This document shows positions 1-9,399 of a stretch of DNA of 64,000 bases, piece by piece; the first letter of the stretch is position 1; each line of letters begins with the position of its first letter. The stretch spans positions 33,974 to 97,973 of the forward strand of contig JASFLY010000009.1 of assembly GCA_050117845.1 (NCBI GenBank). Direction: 5' to 3'. The position numbers were made by a program, and so were the translations under genes. The DNA comes from Candidatus Zixiibacteriota bacterium (GTDB lineage Bacteria > RBG-13-66-14 > B26-G2 > WVWN01). A model generated the notes under the pieces. The model saw only the letters and a list, made by a program, of their open reading frames with translations. It was not told where the DNA came from and did no database searches.

Positions 1-8
1 CTCCCCTT

Positions 9-941
9 TTAACCTATATCCCCGAAACACTCGTACGCCACGCCGAAGCGTACGCCCTGGACGGATACGACGGCCTCGGCGACCCCAAGGGCCTCGAGTA
101 CGGCCGCGACGGCCAGCGCCCCCGCCGGGAAAATATCCGCCCGCGCCGGCGGCATCCCCGCGAGGCGGCGCCGTTCGGCCACCGGCATATCGTAGACGCG
201 CCGTCCCAGAGAGGCAATGCCCACCGCGCTTACGGTCCGGCCGCGTATCTCGTCCGCGTCGTACTCCCCCATGCCGAGTTCCACCGCCACCGCGGCCGTC
301 GCCGTCCCCCCCGTAACGATAACGTCGCCCGCGGCCGGCCGCACGTCGGCGAGTTGGCCCCGAATAAAAAGCGCCGCCCGATCCCACGCGTCGGCGTCGC
401 CGGCCGTTTCTCCCAGAAACCGTTCGGTTACGGCAACGCAACCTATAGGGTAACTGCGGACGGCCGCCCCTCCCGCCGGTCCCGTTTCCCGCGCTATCTG
501 GGCGCTCCCCCCTCCCACGTCGACCGCCGTCAATAGCCCCGTGGATAGGGGGAGGCTCCGACGGCCGGCTAGGAGTACGAGGGCGCCCTCCTTTTCCGGA
601 GACAGCACCTCGAACGCCGCGGCCGGGAGGGGCCCCAGGGCCCTTTCGAACGCCCGACGCAGGTCGTCCCGGCGCAAGGCCGCGGTCCCGACTATTTTAA
701 CCTCGTCGGCGCCGCGTTGCCGAGCCCGTGCGACGTAGGCCGTCACCGCCGCCGCCGTCCGCTCGACCGCCTGGGCCGATATCTCGTTCCGGCCAAGGCC
801 GGCCCCCAACCGCGTCGACGCCATATCCTCCTCGACGACAGCCGGCCGGCCCCCCGTTTCCAGGGCCATAAATAAATAAAGCACCGTATTGGTGCCGACG
901 TCGATTACCGCTATTGATTTAGGAAAATCCTTACCGGACAA
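9..941 (-). CDS. ppx: Ppx/GppA family phosphatase
   Basis: AVIDVGTNT, VGTAALR, E-G, VDVGGGSAQI, GGTAT, RADIFPAG and G-R-G motifs of the ASKHA Ppx/GppA family; TTG start overlaps the upstream stop. Confidence 0.88.
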   Translation of the reverse strand: MSGKDFPKSIAVIDVGTNTVLYLFMALETGGRPAVVEEDMASTRLGAGLGRNEISAQAVERTAAAVTAYVARARQRGADEVKIVGTAALRRDDLRRAFERALGPLPAAAFEVLSPEKEGALVLLAGRRSLPLSTGLLTAVDVGGGSAQIARETGPAGGAAVRSYPIGCVAVTERFLGETAGDADAWDRAALFIRGQLADVRPAAGDVIVTGGTATAAVAVELGMGEYDADEIRGRTVSAVGIASLGRRVYDMPVAERRRLAGMPPARADIFPAGALAVAAVLEALGVAEAVVSVQGVRFGVAYECFGDIG

Positions 942-3357
942 CGGCCACCTTCCCCGTAAACGTCTCGCCTTCCCGTTCGATTATATAGAAGTACACGCCG
1001 GAAGCCACGGCCGCGGGCCAAACCCACGTCCCGCCGGAGTCCGGCCTGCCCTCGGCCACGAGTGCGCCGGCCAAATCGTAAACGGCGATCCCCGCGTCCG
1101 AGGGAACGCGGTCGAAGGTTACGCCCCCGGCCGCCGTCGAAGGCCTATACGGGTTGGGGTAAACGCGGGCGTCGCCGAGCGTGAGTACCGGCCCCGTGTC
1201 CGCAAGGCCCGCCCATCCGACCAGCGTCGCCGCGCCCAACCGCGCGTTCATCGCGACGAACGGGATAGAGAGATGGTCCATCGTATCGGTCGTTTTGTGG
1301 TAATGGGGATAAACGCCGTACGACGAGTCCTCGTACAGGTACGTTGCCGCGAAGCCCTCCTGCCAGAAGGACGCGTGGTCGCTGTTTACGCGGAACGGGT
1401 CGTTATCCCCCGTGAACGAGAGTTCGGGGACGTAAAGGCGACGCGCTTCCGAGGCGGCCCTGTACATCCATTCGGAATCGTCGTTGTAAAACAGGAACGA
1501 GTCGTCCGGGCCGTCGCCGACGTACCCGACCATATCCATATTCCACACCGCCCGGATATCGTCGCCGCGGGCCTTCGCCTTCCGGGCGTAATCGCGGCTG
1601 CCGACGAGTCCCTGTTCCTCGCCCGCGAAGAAGACGATCCTGACGGTGCGCTCGAGGTCCACGTCGGCCAGCGCCCGGGCGATGGCCAGCGCCGCGACGA
1701 CCCCCGACCCGTTGTCGTCCGCGCCCGGGGCCAACTCGCGGGGCTCGTCGGAGATGCTATCGTAGTGGGCCACTACCAGGTACTGCTCGTCCCCTTCGCT
1801 CCCGCCCGGTATGTCGCATACGACGTTGTCCCACCCGAGTTCCTCGGGCAGGTTGTCGCGCCGGCTGACCCACGTGGCGCCGCCGTCGGAAGTGTAGTCG
1901 ACGCACGAGCCGTACCCGCACGCCCAACCCTCATTCGCCGAGGCGAACGAAACGCCGGTCAGGGGGAACTCGGCGGGGGTATCGACACTACGCCAGGTGG
2001 CCCCGCCGTCGGTGGTCCTGAGCACGGCCCCGTCGTCGCCGCCCACGGCCACGCCGCGGAGGTCATCCGTGAACTGCACCGCGCCCAGATACTCGCCGTC
2101 CGCAACGTCGTAGCGCTGGACGTCCCAGGTTCCGCCGCCGTCCTCCGTGTGGAGGATCACGTCGTAATTATTGCCGACGACCCAACCCTCGTCGGCCGAC
2201 ACGAAACTCAGGCCCGTAAGCTCCACCACTTCCGCCGGCGTCTGCGGATCCGAGAAGGGCGTACGGCGCCGCGTCCAGGTGACGCCGCCATCGTCGGTGC
2301 TCCGCACCTCGCCGTGCCACCCCACGGCGTAGCCCCGCAGATTATCCAGGAATTGTATTTCGAACAGCGTGTCGGTCATGCCGCTGGGTTGAGTTTCCCA
2401 GTTCGCGCCGCCGTCGGTCGTATGCAGGATGACGCCTCCGGTCCCGCAGGCCCACCCCTCCGCCGAGTCGGCGAAGTGTACGCCGGTCAGGTGGAGTTCG
2501 GTGGGGGGCGGTTGCAGCCGCCAGGTCAGGCCGCCGTCGGTGCTTCGGAGTACCGTCCCGTTGGCGCCCACGATCCACCCGAAGGTGTCATCGTAAAAGA
2601 AGACGTCGACCAGCTCGTCCTCGGTCCCGCTCGCCTGCACGACCCAGCTGCCGCCGCCGTCGTCGGTGTGCAATATCAAACCGGACGAGCCGACGAGCCA
2701 CCCGGTGCGCGTCCCCGGTAAAAAGAAGCACGAATCGAAGTCGTGGGCGGTTACGAAGTTCTCGTAGTGGGGCGATAGACCCAGCGATTCCAACCGCTCG
2801 CACAAAAGTTCCGCGGCGTCGGCCAGGCGGGGCGAAAACGAATAACGGGTAGGTATGGCCGTGAGGTCGGCGAGGTCTCGGTTTATATCTTCGGCCTTTA
2901 TACGGCTGAGGATGTATTGGATGCGGCCGTCGGCGAGGTTGATCTCGGGGCGGGGCGTCGGAACCGCGAAGTCGGCAGGCCGGGCCGGCGTCAGGCGGCG
3001 CCAGGGCCCGGGGATATCCTTGACGGGCCGGCCGTAAACCATGCCGTAACTCCGGGAAAGCAGGACGTCGCCGGCGTCCTCGAACAACACGTCGCCGAAG
3101 GGCGTGAGGGCCTCCGGCGCTACTCCTTCGACCCGGTAATAGAAACGTCCCGCCGAGTCGGGAAGGAGGGCGGTACCGGCCGGGCGGCCTCTACTACCGC
3201 AATAAACATGGGTCTCGCCGACGCGGCCCAGGTAATAAACGTCGCCCCCGGGGGGAGCTTCCGCCGGGCCGTACGCCGAAACGACGAGCGGCCCTTGTCC
3301 GGCCGCCGCGGCCCCCAACGCAACCAGGAAAAGCGATAGCGTCAGGAGTCGCTTCAC
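931..3357 (-). CDS. Secreted M28 metallopeptidase with internal Ycf48/BNR-repeat propeller and T9SS type-A-like C-terminal domain
   Basis: GTG start at 3357 overlaps PHP stop (GTGA) and gives a signal peptide (VKRLLTLSLFLVALGAAAAG); repeated T-x-DGG-x-[TS]-W boxes; AHYDS, PGADDNGSG, GEEQGLVGS, NSDH, YHKTTD; C-terminal VYPNPY...VYDLAG...SGVYFY...KVAVVR. Confidence 0.88.
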   Translation of the reverse strand: MKRLLTLSLFLVALGAAAAGQGPLVVSAYGPAEAPPGGDVYYLGRVGETHVYCGSRGRPAGTALLPDSAGRFYYRVEGVAPEALTPFGDVLFEDAGDVLLSRSYGMVYGRPVKDIPGPWRRLTPARPADFAVPTPRPEINLADGRIQYILSRIKAEDINRDLADLTAIPTRYSFSPRLADAAELLCERLESLGLSPHYENFVTAHDFDSCFFLPGTRTGWLVGSSGLILHTDDGGGSWVVQASGTEDELVDVFFYDDTFGWIVGANGTVLRSTDGGLTWRLQPPPTELHLTGVHFADSAEGWACGTGGVILHTTDGGANWETQPSGMTDTLFEIQFLDNLRGYAVGWHGEVRSTDDGGVTWTRRRTPFSDPQTPAEVVELTGLSFVSADEGWVVGNNYDVILHTEDGGGTWDVQRYDVADGEYLGAVQFTDDLRGVAVGGDDGAVLRTTDGGATWRSVDTPAEFPLTGVSFASANEGWACGYGSCVDYTSDGGATWVSRRDNLPEELGWDNVVCDIPGGSEGDEQYLVVAHYDSISDEPRELAPGADDNGSGVVAALAIARALADVDLERTVRIVFFAGEEQGLVGSRDYARKAKARGDDIRAVWNMDMVGYVGDGPDDSFLFYNDDSEWMYRAASEARRLYVPELSFTGDNDPFRVNSDHASFWQEGFAATYLYEDSSYGVYPHYHKTTDTMDHLSIPFVAMNARLGAATLVGWAGLADTGPVLTLGDARVYPNPYRPSTAAGGVTFDRVPSDAGIAVYDLAGALVAEGRPDSGGTWVWPAAVASGVYFYIIEREGETFTGKVAVVR

Positions 3358-4262
3358 TCCGCGGCCTCCGTCGGGCGCCGTTCCCGCAGTTCGTCCACCA
3401 GCGAGTAGGGATTGTGGGTAATGTCGCCCATCTTGACGTGGGGCTTCACGGCCGGGCCGTGGAAGTCGGAACCGGCGGTGGGCACCAGGCCAAGGCGCCG
3501 GGCGAGTTCCTCGAACTGCTCTCCCTGCTCCTCGGTGTGGTAGGAGCAGTAGCACTCGATGCCGCCCAACCCCTCGGCCGCGAGCTCGACGAAAATCCCC
3601 TCGTCCTGCGGCAAACGGAAGCGGTCTCCCGGGTGGGCGAAGACGGCGACGCCGCCCGCCGCCCGCATCACAGCCGCGGCCTGGGCCGGAGACATCCGCT
3701 CGACCGGATAATACGCCGGCTTACCGTGGGATAGGAGGTCCCGGTCGAAGTGGAAATACGGCGCCGTGGCCTTCGGCGGTTGCCGGAGTTCCTCGAGTAG
3801 GAGATGGCCGTCGTTCACCGGGTCGTTGAGGACCACCCGGCCGATAACCGGCCCGACGGGCGGCTGCCCCCGGGCCTCGTCGGCCAGCTTCACCTCGTCG
3901 ACGACGATGCCCAACTCCCGAAGGCGGCCGAGGCGCCCCGCCGCCTGACGGATGCGGGCCGCGGTCAAATCGTCTATGGCGCGCGTAATGGCCTCGTGTT
4001 CCCAATCGATGAAATACCCGAGTATGTGGACCCACCGTTCGCCGAGGTCGCACGTGAACTCGACGCCGGGGACGGTTTCAATTCCCTTCTCCTTCCCGGC
4101 GGCCATGAATTCCGGCAGGCCCGAAACCTCGTCGTGGTCGGTAAGGGCTATCGCCGCCAGCCCTGCCTCCCCGGCGAAGCGGACGAGGTCGGCGGGCGGG
4201 TATTGGCCGTCGCTCGAATAGGAGCTGTGCATATGCAGGTCGACGCGTCTATCGTCGGGCAT
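3354..4262 (-). CDS. PHP-domain phosphoesterase (TrpH/YciV-like)
   Basis: DLHMHSSYSSDG, ALTDHD, GVE, HILGY, AHP, GSDFHG. Confidence 0.92.
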   Translation of the reverse strand: MPDDRRVDLHMHSSYSSDGQYPPADLVRFAGEAGLAAIALTDHDEVSGLPEFMAAGKEKGIETVPGVEFTCDLGERWVHILGYFIDWEHEAITRAIDDLTAARIRQAAGRLGRLRELGIVVDEVKLADEARGQPPVGPVIGRVVLNDPVNDGHLLLEELRQPPKATAPYFHFDRDLLSHGKPAYYPVERMSPAQAAAVMRAAGGVAVFAHPGDRFRLPQDEGIFVELAAEGLGGIECYCSYHTEEQGEQFEELARRLGLVPTAGSDFHGPAVKPHVKMGDITHNPYSLVDELRERRPTEAAE

Positions 4263-4265
4263 TTA

Positions 4266-5180
4266 CTAACCCCCGAGTTCCTCGGGTTTAACGATTACCG
4301 TATCGGGTTTGATGAGGTCACCGGCCGCCAGGCCGATGCCTAGTAAGCGGCCTTCCGCCGTAACGAGGCGCACCGCGGTGTCGGCCGGGAACGCGTCCCG
4401 GGACGTTACCGGGCGGCCGTGGACGACGTCCCGGCCTTCGCCGGCCGTAAGCGTCACGGACGGCAGGTCCGGGAGCAGGCCGTCGGCCGGGATAAAATGC
4501 GGCGGCCGGAGGATGGTTTCGATATCTCCCGCTTCCACTTCGACCTGGGGCACCGCGTCCTCGATCCGAAAGGGGCCTACGGCGAGGCGGGTCAAGTCCA
4601 CGACGTAGGCGCCGACGCCGAGTTTCCGGCCTATGTCCCGGGCGAGCGCGCGGATATAAGTCCCGCCGCCGCACTCGACGTACGCCGTGAACGTCGGGTC
4701 CTCGGCCTCTTCGATTTCCAGCCGTTTAATCGTAACCACGCGGGTGGGCGCCGTTACAGCCTCGCCCCGCCGCGCTTTTTTGTAAAGCGGCTCGCCATCG
4801 TGTTTGACCGCCGAGAACTTCGGGACCTCCTGCATTATCTCGCCGACGAAGGACCGCGCCACCGCCGGCAGCGCCTCGTAAACCGCGGGGGTCACTTTCC
4901 TTTTATACAGGACTTCCCCCTCGTCGTCGCCCGTCGAGGTCTCGGCGCCCAGCTTCGCGACGAAGCGGTACGTTTTATCGTACCCCAAAAAGAAGCGGGC
5001 CAGCCGCGTAACGCGGCCGAAGAGCAAGGGGAGCACGCCGTGGGCCGCGGGGTCGAGGGTCCCGGCGTGGCCGACCTTCTTCGTTCCCAGAGCCCGGCGG
5101 GCCATATCCACCACGTCGTGGGAGGTCGGCCCCCGGCTCTTGTCGACGTTTATCAGGCCGCCGGTTTCGATTTTAACCAT
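4266..5180 (-). CDS. truB: tRNA pseudouridine(55) synthase
   Basis: TSHDVV, KVGHAGTLDP, GTYIRALARD, C-terminal PUA-like segment; ATG at 5180 (ORF-track N-terminal extension overlaps nrnA). Confidence 0.96.
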   Translation of the reverse strand: MVKIETGGLINVDKSRGPTSHDVVDMARRALGTKKVGHAGTLDPAAHGVLPLLFGRVTRLARFFLGYDKTYRFVAKLGAETSTGDDEGEVLYKRKVTPAVYEALPAVARSFVGEIMQEVPKFSAVKHDGEPLYKKARRGEAVTAPTRVVTIKRLEIEEAEDPTFTAYVECGGGTYIRALARDIGRKLGVGAYVVDLTRLAVGPFRIEDAVPQVEVEAGDIETILRPPHFIPADGLLPDLPSVTLTAGEGRDVVHGRPVTSRDAFPADTAVRLVTAEGRLLGIGLAAGDLIKPDTVIVKPEELGG

Positions 5181-6133
5181 TCCTCCACCTCCGCGAGAAC
5201 GGCGTCCCGGACTTCCGCCAAGGGGCCGGCCACGAAACACCCGGCCGCCGCCGGGTGGCCGCCGCCGCCCCGCGCCAGCGCCAAGCCGCTCACGTCCAGA
5301 TCCTCCGCGGCCCGGAATGATATCCGAACGCCGCCCTCCACTTCCCGAAACAGGATGCCGACCCGGCACCCCTCCACCCGACGGGCGTAGTCCACCAGCC
5401 CTTCGGTCTGCTGGATCTCCGCCCCCGCACGCCGCAAGGCTTCCTGCGTCACGGCCATGAAGACGACGCCGCCACGGCGCTCCATCACGCCGAGCGCCGC
5501 GCCCAGTATCTTCATATAGGCGAGCGGGTATCGGCGGTAGAGGTCGCTTTCGACGTCCGACGGAGACACCCCCCGTCGAACCAGGTCCGCGGCCATCTCG
5601 AAGGCCCAATCGTTCGTGTTGGAATAAGTGAAGTTGCCGGTATCGGTCACGAGGCCGACGTACAAGCATAGAGCGGCCTCGGCGGGGAAATCGCCTCCCG
5701 TCGCGCCCAAAAGCTCCCATACCTGCGCGGCGGTGGCCGGAGCCGCCGGCTCCACCCAATCCATCGAACCGAAGCCGCGATTGGAAGCGTGGTGGTCGAC
5801 GTCGATAATCGTTCCCCCGGCCTCGGCGAAGGAGGCCACTTCGGAAGGCAGCCGGCCCAAATCGGCGCTATCGAGGGCCACGGCGACGTCCCCGTCCCGC
5901 CAGGCGAAAGCTCGGGCGTTTTCAACTTCGTCGAATCCGGGGAGGAAACAATAGCGGGTGGGCGGGGGTTCCAGGGGCCAAATAGCGGCCTCGACGCCCC
6001 AGGCCCGAAGGCCGTACGCGAGGCCGAGAACGCTTCCGACGGCGTCTCCGTCCGGCTCGGCGTGCGTCGCGAGAACGACCCGCCGCGCCGCCTTAAGAAC
6101 CGGGGTTATTTTCGTCGCCGCCGGATGTCTCAT
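5153..6133 (-). CDS. nrnA: DHH/DHHA1 oligoribonuclease / PAP phosphatase
   Basis: H-x-x-PDGDAVGS, DHH, TDTGNF, SFR, GGGGHPAAAG; usual position between rbfA and truB. Confidence 0.92.
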   Translation of the reverse strand: MRHPAATKITPVLKAARRVVLATHAEPDGDAVGSVLGLAYGLRAWGVEAAIWPLEPPPTRYCFLPGFDEVENARAFAWRDGDVAVALDSADLGRLPSEVASFAEAGGTIIDVDHHASNRGFGSMDWVEPAAPATAAQVWELLGATGGDFPAEAALCLYVGLVTDTGNFTYSNTNDWAFEMAADLVRRGVSPSDVESDLYRRYPLAYMKILGAALGVMERRGGVVFMAVTQEALRRAGAEIQQTEGLVDYARRVEGCRVGILFREVEGGVRISFRAAEDLDVSGLALARGGGGHPAAAGCFVAGPLAEVRDAVLAEVEEWLKSKPAA

Positions 6134-6485
6134 CGATTTCCAATTCTTTGAGAATCTCGAAAACGCGGACTGCTGACCGGTATTCCTTGTCCAGGCGAAA
6201 CCGGACGTGAGGGGTGCGCCGTAATCGGACGCGGGGACCTATCTCTTTCTGAACGAAAGGACGGCAGCGTTCCAGGGCGGCCAGGCCGCGGGCGATTTCC
6301 TTCTCGTCGCCGAATACGCTAACGTATACGTCGGCGAATTGCAAGTCGCGCGTGACGCGGACCCACAGAATGGTAACGCCGCGGATCGCGGGATCGGTGA
6401 CCCGGGATGCCAGGATGTCCGCGACCTCTTTTTTTATCAAACGCTCGACGCGAGCTATTCGATTACCGTCTTGCACGTTCCACAC
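6093..6485 (-). CDS. rbfA: Ribosome-binding factor A
   Basis: RIARV, DP, VTRDLQFADVYV, RLRRTPHVRF; gene context; start may be the GTG at 6476. Confidence 0.93.
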   Translation of the reverse strand: MWNVQDGNRIARVERLIKKEVADILASRVTDPAIRGVTILWVRVTRDLQFADVYVSVFGDEKEIARGLAALERCRPFVQKEIGPRVRLRRTPHVRFRLDKEYRSAVRVFEILKELEIDETSGGDENNPGS

Positions 6486-6511
6486 CCCCCGGGCGCACCG
6501 GGGACGGCGAT

Positions 6512-6808
6512 TTAAAGCTCTACGATGTCGCCGGATATAGTTAGGTCAAGGTCGCCGAAGCGGCGCTCGAGGTGGTTTTCCAGTTTCGCCAGCAGCACGT
6601 CGGCCCGGCGCCGGGAACTCGCCAAACCGCCGAACGCGATAACCGAACGGCTAACTTCGTCCAGGCCGTCGATTTCGGCCACGGCTGCGTCGAACTTCGA
6701 ACGAACGCCGTCCTTCAAACTACGGACGACCATCCGTTTATCTTTAAGACTCTTGGCGCCCTCAAGGCGTACCGTCACCGTGAGGAGCGCGAGATACGGC
6801 CTTGGCAT
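6512..6808 (-). CDS. DUF503 (YlxP-like) protein
   Basis: SLKDKRMVVRSL and KF-x-AAVAEID motifs; between infB and rbfA. Confidence 0.88.
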   Translation of the reverse strand: MPRPYLALLTVTVRLEGAKSLKDKRMVVRSLKDGVRSKFDAAVAEIDGLDEVSRSVIAFGGLASSRRRADVLLAKLENHLERRFGDLDLTISGDIVEL

Positions 6809-6813
6809 GGCTC

Positions 6814-9351
6814 TTATTTACGTTCCAGCCGGCGGGCTATCTTCTTGTCTTCCAATATCTCTATAACGTCGCCCTCCTCGACGTCGCCGTACCCGCCGAT
6901 TTGAATGCCGCACTCCAGGCCCTGCTGGACTTCCTTGGCGTCGTCGCGGAAACGGCGCAGCGACGAGATGTGGCCCTCGTGGATGACGTCGCCGTCGCGC
7001 CTTACGCGAACGCGGGCCCCGCGGTACACCCGGCCACTCGTGACCATACTGCCGGCGACGCGCGTGGCAGCCGTAACGCCGAAGACCTGGCGGACTTCCG
7101 CCGCACCGGTAACCTCGGTAACTATTTCCGGCTCGAGCAACCCTTCCAACGCGGCCCGGACGTCCTCTATCGTCTCGTAAATGACGTCGTAGTTGCGGAT
7201 TTCGACGCCCTCCTGTTGGGCCAGCTTCTTGGCTTTACTCTCCACGCCCACGCGGAAGGCCACCAGGACGGCCTCGGAAGCTCCGGCCAGGATGACGTCG
7301 CCCTCGTTCACGGCGCCCACGGCTGAGTGCAGTACTTTCAGGCCGACCTCGTCGTTGCCGAGGCCGTTCAAACGTTCGAGAAGCGCCTCGGCCGAACCCG
7401 CCACGTCCGCTTTGACGACCAGGTTCAACTCGCTCTTCCCGCCCTCCTGCAACTGCTGGTACCACTCGTCGAGCGAGAATACCGGTTCGGCCGTTTCGGC
7501 CTTCTCCGGTTCGACCGAGAGCAGGGCCGCGAGACTGCGGGCGGTCTTGTCGTCGGGCATGGCGACCAGTACGTCCCCGGCGTCGGGGACGCCCTCGGCC
7601 CCGAGGATGGATACGGGCGTCGAAAGGCCTGCTTCCTTTATCTTCTTGCCGTCGGCGTCGAACATGGCCCGCACGCGGCCGGCCTTTTTGCCGACGACGA
7701 AGGAATCGCCTATCTTGAGGGACCCGCGCCGGACGAGCACCGTGACGACGGCGCCGCGGCCCCGGTCGAGCGTGGACTCCAGTACGACTCCCGTCGCCCG
7801 GGCGTCCGGTTCGCCCTTCAGTTCCATTATCTCGGCCTGGAGGGAAACGGCCTCCATGAGCTTGTCGAGGCCCTCCCCCTTGAGAGCGGATATCTCCGCC
7901 GCCAGCACCTCGCCGCCCCAGTCCTCGGTGGTCACGCCGTGTTCGGCCAGGCCCCGCTTCACCCGCAAGGGGTCGGCCTCCGGTTTGTCCATCTTCGTGA
8001 TGGCGACGACCACCGGTACGTGGGCCGCCTTGGCGTGACTGATGGATTCGAGCGTTTGCGGCATGACGCCGTCGTCGGCGGCCACGACGAGTATAACGAT
8101 ATCCGTAATCTGGGTGCCGCGGGCCCTCATCTGCGTGAAGACCTCGTGGCCCGGCGTGTCGATAAAGACTATTTCGCCGAACTTGCCCTTGACCACGGAG
8201 GCCCCGATGTGTTGGGTAATGCCGCCGGACTCGGAATCGACGACGTTGGTCTTGCGGATGGCGTCGAGCAGCGTCGTTTTCCCGTGGTCGACGTGCCCCA
8301 GTACGGTAACGACGGGCCGGCGGGGCGCGGTTTTAATTTCGGCCTCCACGGCCTCGACGTCGAAGTCCAGGGCGCCGGCGACGTCCGCTTGCTCTTTTAT
8401 ACTAAGCAAACTCAGGGGGGTTAAATTCCGGCCGCCGTCGCCCTTGTAAACCTCGACAATTTTTTCGGTGGCGACGTCCAGGTTGAAGGCGAGTTCGCCC
8501 AGCGTTAGCTCCCGGCGTATGCGGGCCTTTTTCTTGGCCTGGACTTTCGGTTCAATGGTCGAAGGGCGCTTGCCCTTATGAGCGTGAGACCGGGCGGGGA
8601 TACCCCTTCGTCCGCGGCCGCCCTTATCGGACCGTCCGCCGCGGCGAGCCGGCCGACGGGAACGAGGCCGGGCCAAACGGTCCGCCTTGGCGAGCCGGCG
8701 CAACGCGTCCTGTTTCACGGCCTCTCCTCGGTCTTCCTCTATCTCGGCCTGGGCTTTATCGCGGCCGTCCTCTTTCTTGGGGCGCGGGGCGGCGGCCTTT
8801 TTCGGTTTACCCGTCTTCGAATCCGCGCTCTCTTCGGCGGAAGTTTCGCTTTTTTCCGTGGTTTCCTTCTCTCCCTTGACCTCGGGTTCTTTGGCCTTCG
8901 GCTCGGCCGCCTCCGGCGTCTTCACTTCGGCCGGCGCTTCTTTTTCGACGGTCGCCGCTTTCTCCTCCTCGGCCGTGGCCTCGGGAGCCGCGGCCGGGGT
9001 CTCGGCCGCCTTCTCCTTCTCGGCCTCTTCAGCCGCGGGGGTTTCGGCGGCGGCGGGGGCTTCCTCCGGCGGCGGAGCGGGTTCCTCCTTCCGCGGCGCT
9101 TTCTTGCGAAGACGAGCCTTACTCGCCGCGGGCTTCGCCATTTCGGGAATAAGCGTCAGCTGCTCTTCTCGGGTTTCGTCCTTGATGCCGAATAAATGGG
9201 CCCGCAGTCTGGCCTCTTCTTCGACAGTAACCGAGCTATTCGCGGCCTTCGCGTCGACGCCGATTTCGTTGAGTAAAACGACGATTTCTTTACTGGTCCG
9301 GTCCAGGGACTTGGCAATTTCGTGGACCCTTCTCTTAGCGGCCAAAGTCAA
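6814..9351 (-). CDS. infB: Translation initiation factor IF-2
   Basis: RVHEIAK N-terminus, [31 protein letters not shown]. Confidence 0.98.
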   Translation of the reverse strand: MTLAAKRRVHEIAKSLDRTSKEIVVLLNEIGVDAKAANSSVTVEEEARLRAHLFGIKDETREEQLTLIPEMAKPAASKARLRKKAPRKEEPAPPPEEAPAAAETPAAEEAEKEKAAETPAAAPEATAEEEKAATVEKEAPAEVKTPEAAEPKAKEPEVKGEKETTEKSETSAEESADSKTGKPKKAAAPRPKKEDGRDKAQAEIEEDRGEAVKQDALRRLAKADRLARPRSRRPARRGGRSDKGGRGRRGIPARSHAHKGKRPSTIEPKVQAKKKARIRRELTLGELAFNLDVATEKIVEVYKGDGGRNLTPLSLLSIKEQADVAGALDFDVEAVEAEIKTAPRRPVVTVLGHVDHGKTTLLDAIRKTNVVDSESGGITQHIGASVVKGKFGEIVFIDTPGHEVFTQMRARGTQITDIVILVVAADDGVMPQTLESISHAKAAHVPVVVAITKMDKPEADPLRVKRGLAEHGVTTEDWGGEVLAAEISALKGEGLDKLMEAVSLQAEIMELKGEPDARATGVVLESTLDRGRGAVVTVLVRRGSLKIGDSFVVGKKAGRVRAMFDADGKKIKEAGLSTPVSILGAEGVPDAGDVLVAMPDDKTARSLAALLSVEPEKAETAEPVFSLDEWYQQLQEGGKSELNLVVKADVAGSAEALLERLNGLGNDEVGLKVLHSAVGAVNEGDVILAGASEAVLVAFRVGVESKAKKLAQQEGVEIRNYDVIYETIEDVRAALEGLLEPEIVTEVTGAAEVRQVFGVTAATRVAGSMVTSGRVYRGARVRVRRDGDVIHEGHISSLRRFRDDAKEVQQGLECGIQIGGYGDVEEGDVIEILEDKKIARRLERK

Positions 9352-9399
9352 ACACCTCTCTTATTAACTTTAACGGACAGGAGTATCCCCGCATCGGGG

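Noticed and set aside
889..2721. Long antisense or off-frame ORFs (also 32337-35195, 36385-38214, 55838-57568, 27494-28966 and many more)
   Set aside because: They shadow well-supported genes, are R/G/P/V-rich and lack motifs, as expected in high-GC DNA.
4266..5759. N-terminal extensions in the ORF track (truB, cdsA, uppS, rplM, pyrG, aminotransferase, TPR2, M28)
   Set aside because: They overlap neighbouring genes or promoters; shorter starts fit RBS position, coupling and family length.
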